From a virus, in IMG/VR virus record IMGVR_UViG_3300032050_000036, positions 1-64,000 of that record: DNA of 64,000 bases; one strand, written 5' to 3'. The translations under genes were made by a program, and so were the position numbers. The notes beneath the pieces are model-generated. The model saw only the letters and a list, made by a program, of their open reading frames with translations, did no database searches and was not told where the DNA came from. Shown piece after piece: positions 56,469 to 63,087 of the stretch; within the stretch, counting starts at the first letter, position 1; every line of letters begins with the position of its first letter.

Positions 56469-56626
56469 TGAAAGAAATATTGTTGTCAATTATTACTGGT
56501 TTTGGATGCGGTGTAATTTTTGCAGCATTTAAATTGCCAGTCCCAGCGCCACCAGTATTTGCTGGAGTTGCTGGTATAATAGGGTTATGGCTTGGCTATG
56601 ATGTCATAACCAAAGTCATATCCTAG
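56468..56626 (+). CDS. XapX/DUF1427-like small membrane protein
   Basis: G...GVIFAAFKLPVPAPP.FAGVAGIIGLWLGY; AAGGA RBS before ATG 56468. Confidence 0.75.
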   Translation: MKEILLSIITGFGCGVIFAAFKLPVPAPPVFAGVAGIIGLWLGYDVITKVIS

Positions 56627-56635
56627 GAGGAAAAA

Positions 56636-56929
56636 ATGAACATGTTAAAAGAAGAGCACAAAAAGATGCTCGCATCGTACGGACGCTCTGTCCTTGCTGG
56701 TGTTGCAGCACTGTATGTTGCTGGAGTAACTGATCCAAAAGAACTTTGGGCAGCACTTGTAGCAGCGATTGCCCCAGTGGCACTAAGAGCGTTGAATCCA
56801 AACGATTCAGCATTTGGCCGTATGCCTGCAGCAAAGGCTGTAGATGAAGCACTGAAGGCAATTAAGAAGCCAGTAAAGAAATCTGCAAAAAAGTCTTCTG
56901 GTGGCGGATCTACACACAATATGCTATAA
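56636..56929 (+). CDS. Holin-like membrane protein
   Basis: AGGAGG RBS; SYGRSVLA...LRALNPNDSAFG; basic C-tail. Confidence 0.55.
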   Translation: MNMLKEEHKKMLASYGRSVLAGVAALYVAGVTDPKELWAALVAAIAPVALRALNPNDSAFGRMPAAKAVDEALKAIKKPVKKSAKKSSGGGSTHNML

Positions 56930-56948
56930 AGCATTAAGTATAAGATTA

Positions 56949-56980
56949 GGCGGTTGTTATATTTGACAGCCGCTTTTTCT
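56949..56980 (+). terminator. Intrinsic terminator overlapping the hsp20 -35 box
   Basis: GCGGTTGTTA-tatt-TGACAGCCGC-TTTTTCT. Confidence 0.85.
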
Positions 56981-56991
56981 TATGCTATAAT
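56963..56991 (+). promoter_or_regulatory. Consensus promoter of hsp20
   Basis: TTGACA-N17-TATAAT with extended TG. Confidence 0.9.
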
Positions 56992-56997
56992 AAAAAC

Positions 56998-57051
56998 ATA
57001 CCTGCCCGAAGGGGGGTATACATTGAACTCGCTTAACAAGGAGGAAACATG
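56998..57051 (+). promoter_or_regulatory. ROSE-like RNA thermometer in the hsp20 5' UTR
   Basis: 5' hairpin ATACCT(G)CCC-gaa-GGGGGGTAT; CTC(G)CTT-aac-AAGGAG sequesters the SD with a bulged G. Confidence 0.65.
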
Positions 57052-57468
57052 GTAAGTTCATTTGCATTGGATCTTTTTAAGGATCCATTTTTTATTGGTT
57101 TCAACAGAGAGTTGGACCGTTTTTCTAATATCCATCGTGAGGCAACTCGTCAATCTTATCCACCATATGATGTGGTAAAACTTGATGAGGACACTTACAA
57201 GTTATCTTTGGCCATTGCTGGTTTCAGCAAGGACGAAGTTGAGGTTTCTGTGGATAATGGAAGTTTAATTATCAAGGGTGAGAAAACCGAAGAAGAGAAC
57301 ACTAATGTTCTACATAAGGGTATCGCAACTCGCAAATTCACACGCACCTTTGCTCTTGGAGAGTATATGGAGGTTGATCGTGCTGAAATGGCAGACGGTA
57401 TTCTTAGCGTCTTTGTGGAAAGAAACATCCCCGAAGAAAAGAAACCAAAAACTATTAAAATCAAGTAA
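57049..57468 (+). CDS. hsp20: Small heat-shock protein (IbpA-like Hsp20)
   Basis: YPPYDV...LAIAGF...LHKGIATRKFTRTFAL...A.MADGILSV...PEEKKPKTI.I. Confidence 0.95.
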   Translation: MVSSFALDLFKDPFFIGFNRELDRFSNIHREATRQSYPPYDVVKLDEDTYKLSLAIAGFSKDEVEVSVDNGSLIIKGEKTEEENTNVLHKGIATRKFTRTFALGEYMEVDRAEMADGILSVFVERNIPEEKKPKTIKIK

Positions 57469-57488
57469 ATAAAAGTATTGTCATACTG

Positions 57489-57516
57489 CCACCTGAGCAT
57501 GTGGATAAAAGGCTCA
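57489..57516 (+). ncRNA. Compact H-type pseudoknot candidate downstream of hsp20
   Basis: CCAC/GTGG stem 1, TGAGC/GCTCA stem 2, A-rich loop ATAAAAG. Confidence 0.5.
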
Positions 57517-57579
57517 TTATTCATTTATAATTTGCTTTAAATTAATATACATTTTAAAAACATAAGATACTCTTATAAC

Positions 57580-58593
57580 ATGAAACTTAAAGTCTTTATT
57601 ATTTCTTTAGTGCTTTTATTAGGCACTTTTACTAATTCAGCAGCACAAGCAACAGATTTAAAAGGTGCTGGATCTACCTTCTCTGCAAACTTTATAGATA
57701 AGTGCAGAGTAATGTATGGACAACAAACAGGAAAAGTTTTAAACTATACACCAAATGGTTCTGGAGCAGGAAGAAATTTTTTTAATAATAAACTTGTAGA
57801 TTTTGCTGTATCAGATACACCATACTCAAGTCTGGATAGAAAACCTTCTGAAAACTTTGTATATGTTCCATTGGTTGCTGGTCCAGTAGCAGTTGTTTAT
57901 AATCTAAAAGACTATAGAATAACTCTCAAACTAACCAAGCAAGTAGTAGCAAAAATATTTGCTGGAGAAATTACAATGTGGAACGATCCAGAAATTCAAA
58001 AACTTAATGTTGGAAAATTACCAAAGACAAAAATAACAGTATTGTATAGAATAGATGGATCTGGCACTTCTGAAGTGTTTACATCTTACCTAAATTCAGT
58101 TGCTCCAAACATTTGGACTAAACCAGGAAACAAAACTTTCTCAACAGCATTTCCAGGTAATATAAATAATTATGTTGGAGCGTTTCAATCTGCAAGCGGA
58201 TCAACTCAGATTGCATTTTTGCAGTCTACACTTAATGGATCTATTTCATATAATGAAGTTTCTTATGCTAAAGGATTTAAGTCTGCTTCAATTGAAAATG
58301 AGGCTGGTAGATTTACTAATCCTACCCCTTCTGCAGCAGCATCATTTTTATCTAACTTTAAATTTAACCAAGATGGGTCTGCCGTATTAGATTATAAAAA
58401 TACTAATAAACTTGCATATAACATATCAACTTTTGCATATGGTGTTGCCTATACTAATAGTGGATCAAATGCTGCAACAGTTAGAGAGTTTTTGACATTT
58501 GCTATAACAAAATGTAATAAAATAGAAGGATATGCTCCAATTACTGGAAATGCCCTTAAAGTTGCAAAAGCACAAATAGCAAAGATAAAGTAG
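57580..58593 (+). CDS. pstS: Phosphate ABC transporter substrate-binding protein
   Basis: Signal peptide; GAGSTF, GSGAG, DFAVSD, R.DGSGTS, Y.ISTFAY. Confidence 0.93.
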   Translation: MKLKVFIISLVLLLGTFTNSAAQATDLKGAGSTFSANFIDKCRVMYGQQTGKVLNYTPNGSGAGRNFFNNKLVDFAVSDTPYSSLDRKPSENFVYVPLVAGPVAVVYNLKDYRITLKLTKQVVAKIFAGEITMWNDPEIQKLNVGKLPKTKITVLYRIDGSGTSEVFTSYLNSVAPNIWTKPGNKTFSTAFPGNINNYVGAFQSASGSTQIAFLQSTLNGSISYNEVSYAKGFKSASIENEAGRFTNPTPSAAASFLSNFKFNQDGSAVLDYKNTNKLAYNISTFAYGVAYTNSGSNAATVREFLTFAITKCNKIEGYAPITGNALKVAKAQIAKIK

Positions 58594-58605
58594 TATAATT
58601 GTAAT

Positions 58606-58685
58606 AGTCCTCCGTAGGACCTTGGGATGATTAGTTACCATCTTATTTAACCTGGCCATCGTGCCTGAATTTCCTGCGGGGGATT
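58606..58685 (+). ncRNA. Candidate structured small RNA (about 80 nt)
   Basis: TATAAT at 58594-58599 puts +1 at A58606; 14-bp terminal stem 58606-58619/58672-58685; internal hairpins. Confidence 0.65.
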
Positions 58686-58714
58686 TATAATTCCCCTGTA
58701 TAATAATCTTATCT

Positions 58715-58978
58715 ATGACTGACAAAGAACTTCATAGGCAAAAACAGGCTTACAAGAAAAGACTGACAGAAATAAAACAGTCTAGCGGATGTGTAGACTG
58801 CGGAGAAACAAATCCAATTGTTTTAGATTTTGATCATCTTAAAGACAAAAAATATAATGTTTCAAGAATGATTCACGATGGATTTTCCTGGAAGGCTATC
58901 AAAAAAGAAATAGATAAGTGTGAAGTTGTTTGTGCTAATTGTCACAGGATAAGAACTCACTATAGGCTTATTAATTAA
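58715..58978 (+). CDS. Small HNH endonuclease with zinc ligands
   Basis: CVDCG...LDFDH...KCEVVCANCHRIRT. Confidence 0.85.
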   Translation: MTDKELHRQKQAYKKRLTEIKQSSGCVDCGETNPIVLDFDHLKDKKYNVSRMIHDGFSWKAIKKEIDKCEVVCANCHRIRTHYRLIN

Positions 58979-58983
58979 TTATT

Positions 58984-59160
58984 TTAAGAATTTTTAATAT
59001 CTGTAATTATTGCATCTGCAAGTTCTTTACTAAAATGTACGTGCCCCGAGGCCAATTTTTCAAATGCTGGTGATAATTTTACAATAATGTTATTTTTTGT
59101 AATTTCCATTATTTGGTGTACAAGAATTTCTGCCTGTTGCTGTGATGTTAGTTCTTCCAT
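58984..59160 (-). CDS. Hypothetical protein (58 aa, leaderless, not in the ORF track)
   Basis: Minus-strand TGATATAAT (59175-59167) 6 nt before the ATG; MEELTSQQQAEILVHQIM... Confidence 0.65.
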   Translation of the reverse strand: MEELTSQQQAEILVHQIMEITKNNIIVKLSPAFEKLASGHVHFSKELADAIITDIKNS

Positions 59161-59166
59161 CTCTCA

Positions 59167-59190
59167 ATTATATCATTAATATGGTATACT
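59167..59190. promoter_or_regulatory. Back-to-back divergent extended -10 promoters
   Basis: TGATATAAT on minus (59175-59167) and TGGTATACT on plus (59182-59190), each 6-7 nt from an ATG. Confidence 0.75.
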
Positions 59191-59197
59191 ATTATCT

Positions 59198-60277
59198 ATG
59201 CCATATCGTATAGGTGCTAAGGGGTCATCGGGTTGCTCTGGATACCCTGCTGTAAAGGACACAGGAGAGGTTATGGGCTGCCATAAGACTCGTCGTGAGG
59301 CTGCAGCACAGATCTATGCTATAAACCGCTCTGAGGGCAATATAGGCAAGGCTATGGTCAAAGAGGGCGACATGGTAATGGCTCCACACGAAGAAGAAAT
59401 GTATGTTGGTCGTGTAGTTCATGTAATGACAGAGGGCATGCTTGGTATGCCAGGATCAGAATATTCTCTTGAGGCATCAGCAGAAGAGCCTGCTATTTTA
59501 ATTCAACTATTTGAAATGGAAGAAGGAGAATTAGAAGAAACAGAATATTTTGTTGGAGCAATGGCAAAAGATGTAATGGTTTTACCATCAATTGATTCAG
59601 GAGAAAGCATGGATAAAGCATATACAGGATGCGGATGTCCAATGTGTAAAGAATTAGATGTAACATGTGAGCAATGTCCACAATGCCAATCTGGAGAAAT
59701 GAAATCAGATTGTTGTGCTAATGTAGTTAAGCAAGCACCATGTTGGGATGGATATGTACAAAGGGGAATGAAGCCAGGAGAAAATGGTAAACCAGTTCCT
59801 AATTGTGTTCCAGCAGAAAAGGCTGATGATCTTTGGGAAGATTCTGATGATGTAGTGTATGAAACTGATTCAATGTCAAAAGCGGAAGGCTATTCTCCAC
59901 CAGCAGGTGCAAGAGCAGCAGCACGTAAAGCAATTAAATTTAAGGAACAAGGCAAGGCAAAAGGTGCGGGTACATCAGTAGGATGGACTCGTGCAGGACA
60001 GTTGGCAAGAGGAGAAACATTGTCTCTTAGCACTGTTAAAAGAATGTACTCTTATTTTTCTCGTCATGAGGTTGATAAAAAGGGGAAGGATTGGGCTAAT
60101 CAATCAAATCCGTCCAATGGGTACATAATGTGGTTGGCATGGGGTGGGGATGCTGGCTATTCTTGGTCACGTCGTATCGTGAATGCAGAAAAGGATAAGG
60201 CTTTATTTGCTGACACCTTTAACTCTATAGAAAAACAAAGCAAGAGAATTCGTGGTAGTGGTAATGGCTTCTGGTAA
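59198..60277 (+). CDS. Modular hypothetical protein, probably head-associated
   Basis: Short modules: MPY...GCH.T...A, SH3-like acidic block, Cys-rich block, CWDGY...VPNCVP, and a C-terminal RA.QLA.GE.LS..TVKRM.SYFSRH...WGGDAG..W domain. Confidence 0.6.
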   Translation: MPYRIGAKGSSGCSGYPAVKDTGEVMGCHKTRREAAAQIYAINRSEGNIGKAMVKEGDMVMAPHEEEMYVGRVVHVMTEGMLGMPGSEYSLEASAEEPAILIQLFEMEEGELEETEYFVGAMAKDVMVLPSIDSGESMDKAYTGCGCPMCKELDVTCEQCPQCQSGEMKSDCCANVVKQAPCWDGYVQRGMKPGENGKPVPNCVPAEKADDLWEDSDDVVYETDSMSKAEGYSPPAGARAAARKAIKFKEQGKAKGAGTSVGWTRAGQLARGETLSLSTVKRMYSYFSRHEVDKKGKDWANQSNPSNGYIMWLAWGGDAGYSWSRRIVNAEKDKALFADTFNSIEKQSKRIRGSGNGFW

Positions 60278-60419
60278 ATCTTCTGGAAAATACAGAACAA
60301 AACATCCGTTTAACCCTATTCAAATTAAAGACGGAATGATAGTTCGTCTAAGAAAAGATGGTACCATAAAAGCCGTGCTTGGCAAGTATGGCGAATATGG
60401 CAAAAAAAATAAAAATTAA
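60264..60419 (+). CDS. Small basic hypothetical protein (51 aa)
   Basis: MASGKSSGKY...FNPIQIKDGMIVRLRKDGTIKAVLGKY; not in the ORF track. Confidence 0.6.
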   Translation: MASGKSSGKYRTKHPFNPIQIKDGMIVRLRKDGTIKAVLGKYGEYGKKNKN

Positions 60420-60571
60420 TTATTTTGCTCTTTGTTAATTAAGTCTACTATTTCTTTTGCATATTTGTCATAATCTATTTCAATAATAAAATTTCCGTCA
60501 ATTAATTTATGAATTTTAATTTCTTTTCCTATTTCAAATAAAATATTTTTAATTTTATCTTCTATATTCAT
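60416..60571 (-). CDS. Small hypothetical protein (51 aa)
   Basis: ATGA overlap with the upstream minus-strand gene; stop shares TTAA with the convergent gene. Confidence 0.6.
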   Translation of the reverse strand: MNIEDKIKNILFEIGKEIKIHKLIDGNFIIEIDYDKYAKEIVDLINKEQNN

Positions 60572-61632
60572 AATAAGTTTTTGTTTTTTTCTAATTCCGA
60601 AAGAATTTCATCAATATGTACTGCCCCTAAGCCATACTGTTTTCTGTCTGGAATAATGTAAACATTTTCAGTTGCTACATTTTTAATTAATGAATCAAAA
60701 AACCAATAGAAGTCCCTATTCGTTGTTATCATAAATACTTTTGTATCTGGATGTGCAAATATAGCATTATAACATCCAGTGCCATCTATTGATGCTATAT
60801 GTGTTGCAGAAGAATATATATAAACCTGTTCTTCTAAAGTTAAGTCTTCATTATAGACTAATTCATAGCCCATATCAATAAAAAAGTTATCTATTTTAAT
60901 ATTATCTGAGTGTATTCTATTTTGAAAATTTTGAGTAAATGCCTCTTCACCAACACGCATAACATATTCCCAAAATCTGTCTCCCTCTTCTTTACTCATT
61001 TCATTATTTTTATATCTATAATAATTTTCTTTCCATTTTATATAAATTTGATCTGATTTTGATCTCGATATAAAAATTTTTTTATTAGGTGTTTGATTTT
61101 TATATTTTTTTAATTTATCTATGACACAATTACTGAGGTCAAACTGATGAGAAAAATCTTCATGACTAGTGTTATGAATTGGACCATTAGAAGGAACTAC
61201 ATTTCTTAAACAGGGAATGAAAAAATTATAAAGATAATATACATTTTCAAATATAATTTTTTGATCAGAAATTATAACTATTTCATCCATCGAAGGATTA
61301 TAAATATTTACTAAACTTTTAAAAAGTCCAGAAAGGTCATTCAAAAATACTTCTTTGTTAATATCATCTTCTCGTTCTACAGTAAAAATTAACTTTAAAT
61401 CTTTTATATATTTTTTTAAGAATTCATATTGTCCTAGGCACTCTTGAACTATATGAAAGTATTGCCAATTTGATAATGATATAATAAAAACATTACCATT
61501 AACAACTACTGGATCCTTTTTGGAATCATAATTTACTAAAACGTTGTTGACTTTATAAATTTTACTTTTTATACCTGGAACATCTATATATTCTATAGAA
61601 TCCCACTTAGTCTTAAAAATCTTATCAGACAT
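60568..61632 (-). CDS. Glycosyltransferase family 61 (DUF563)-like
   Basis: YFHIVQE...KKIFISR...NR...GYELV..EDLTLEEQV.IYSSATHI...G.G.YNAIF. Confidence 0.75.
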   Translation of the reverse strand: MSDKIFKTKWDSIEYIDVPGIKSKIYKVNNVLVNYDSKKDPVVVNGNVFIISLSNWQYFHIVQECLGQYEFLKKYIKDLKLIFTVEREDDINKEVFLNDLSGLFKSLVNIYNPSMDEIVIISDQKIIFENVYYLYNFFIPCLRNVVPSNGPIHNTSHEDFSHQFDLSNCVIDKLKKYKNQTPNKKIFISRSKSDQIYIKWKENYYRYKNNEMSKEEGDRFWEYVMRVGEEAFTQNFQNRIHSDNIKIDNFFIDMGYELVYNEDLTLEEQVYIYSSATHIASIDGTGCYNAIFAHPDTKVFMITTNRDFYWFFDSLIKNVATENVYIIPDRKQYGLGAVHIDEILSELEKNKNLL

Positions 61633-61957
61633 TTTTTGTTACAACAACCTTATCATTAGGCAAACTTGGAGTTTTTACACAAACAACTGAACACTCTGTT
61701 ATAAAATTTACATCCGTTATTTCGTACGGCTCCAATATAAAAACATCGCCAGATATTAATTTTTTACCATTTAGAATCATTTCTCCAGATATTAACAAGT
61801 TTATTTCATATGCTATCTCTTGATAATGAAGGTCCCAATTTTCTCCAGCAGTATGTATTCTCCATGAAACTTCAAAATCTTTTGACTGAAAGGCAGCCTT
61901 TTCAAAATCTCCAATAAACCATCCCTTTTCAGTATTTTCAATTCTGCTAATCTTCAT
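61625..61957 (-). CDS. Cupin-fold protein
   Basis: KGWFIGDF...H.AGE..DLHY....EINLLISG.M...GDVFILEP.E...VKTPS. Confidence 0.7.
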   Translation of the reverse strand: MKISRIENTEKGWFIGDFEKAAFQSKDFEVSWRIHTAGENWDLHYQEIAYEINLLISGEMILNGKKLISGDVFILEPYEITDVNFITECSVVCVKTPSLPNDKVVVTKNV

Positions 61958-63054
61958 AAACCTAATTTATCCCATTCAGTCTCTTCAAATCCTTGATCAG
62001 TTATAAGGTTTATAGAAGTAGCACGATCCCTATCTGACTCTAAATGTTTATCATTAATTAAAATTCTTTCGCCACTAGTTACTCCCATCACTAACTGATC
62101 CCAGCAAAGACCTAGGTCTGTTAGTTGTTTTTCTGTTAGCATCCTTGCAGATTCTTTCCTAGCAGTCGTTAGAATTATCTTATGACCCTTAGAGTCCCAT
62201 TCATTAAACTTATCTATTACGCCTTTTAATGCTATGGCTGGTTCAAATCCGACATAACTAAATCTATGGACATGTTTAATTATTGTTCCATCTATATCAC
62301 AAAAAATAGTTTTAGGTTTTTCAGTATAGTATTCTCTTAGTTTACTGGAATATACTTCTAAATCTTGCGGGGTTCCAAGAGATATATAACCATTTCTTGG
62401 CATTTTAAAGGGAAGTATGTTAAGACCTTCTTCTATTAAATAATTATAAGTGGAGGAAATATAACATTCGCTAAATCCTTTTAGTCTATACTCTGAAATT
62501 AATTTTTTTGCTGATCTTATAAAATCAGAACCACGCCTCCAATAATGTATACCTACAAGCGCATCCTCACTTATAACCTTTTTTTCTTCAATATTTACAA
62601 TCCTGTTGTTATCTATAACTGCAAAACTATTCTTAATGTCATTAGATTTAAAAATAGCAACTGACCCATCGCAATATGCAGATCTTGATAGTTCTAAAAA
62701 TTTATCTGAATCCCACCTTAAAAGTTGATCACAGTTTGTTATTATTAATTCATCGTTGTTGTCTATATATTCTTTTGCATAAAGGGCTGCATCTGCAGCA
62801 CCATATTGATCGTTATCTAAACATATTTCTATACAATCTGGCTTTAATTTTTTTAATATAGAAGACAGCCTATTGTTATGCTCAGGGTTTTCATATTTTC
62901 TTGTAATAAATATATATTGACCCACTATATTTAAAGAATCAACGGCATGCTCAATTAAATGTTTTTTATCTACCATGATTAATGGTTTTGGTTCTTGTAC
63001 CCCTGCATTTTTGAAGCGGGAACCCAGTCCAGCCATTGGTATAACTATATTCAA
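61954..63054 (-). CDS. BcbE-like sugar nucleotidyltransferase fused to a C-terminal HAD phosphatase
   Basis: TTG start with AAGGAG RBS; IPMAGLGSRF...PKPLI...NCDQ...LGTPQDL; then FCDIDGT, TTAR, INDK. Confidence 0.85.
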   Translation of the reverse strand: MNIVIPMAGLGSRFKNAGVQEPKPLIMVDKKHLIEHAVDSLNIVGQYIFITRKYENPEHNNRLSSILKKLKPDCIEICLDNDQYGAADAALYAKEYIDNNDELIITNCDQLLRWDSDKFLELSRSAYCDGSVAIFKSNDIKNSFAVIDNNRIVNIEEKKVISEDALVGIHYWRRGSDFIRSAKKLISEYRLKGFSECYISSTYNYLIEEGLNILPFKMPRNGYISLGTPQDLEVYSSKLREYYTEKPKTIFCDIDGTIIKHVHRFSYVGFEPAIALKGVIDKFNEWDSKGHKIILTTARKESARMLTEKQLTDLGLCWDQLVMGVTSGERILINDKHLESDRDRATSINLITDQGFEETEWDKLGL

Positions 63055-63070
63055 GAAAAACTCCTTCTTC

Positions 63071-63086
63071 TGTTATAATTGTATCA
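63071..63086. promoter_or_regulatory. Overlapping divergent extended -10 elements
   Basis: TGTTATAAT on plus (63071-63079) and TGATACAAT on minus (63086-63078). Confidence 0.7.
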
Positions 63087-63087
63087 T

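Noticed and set aside
57520-57565. Pho-box-like 11-nt periodic TTCA/TTAA repeats upstream of pstS
   Set aside because: Too degenerate to separate from the AT-rich background by eye
58715-58978. HNH gene as an IscB/Cas9-like RNA-guided nuclease
   Set aside because: Only 87 aa with no RuvC motifs or bridge helix; any link to the upstream RNA remains a hypothesis
62238-62255. GGTTCAAATCC resembling a tRNA T-loop
   Set aside because: Lies antisense within a CDS and has no cloverleaf; no tRNA genes were recognised in the window
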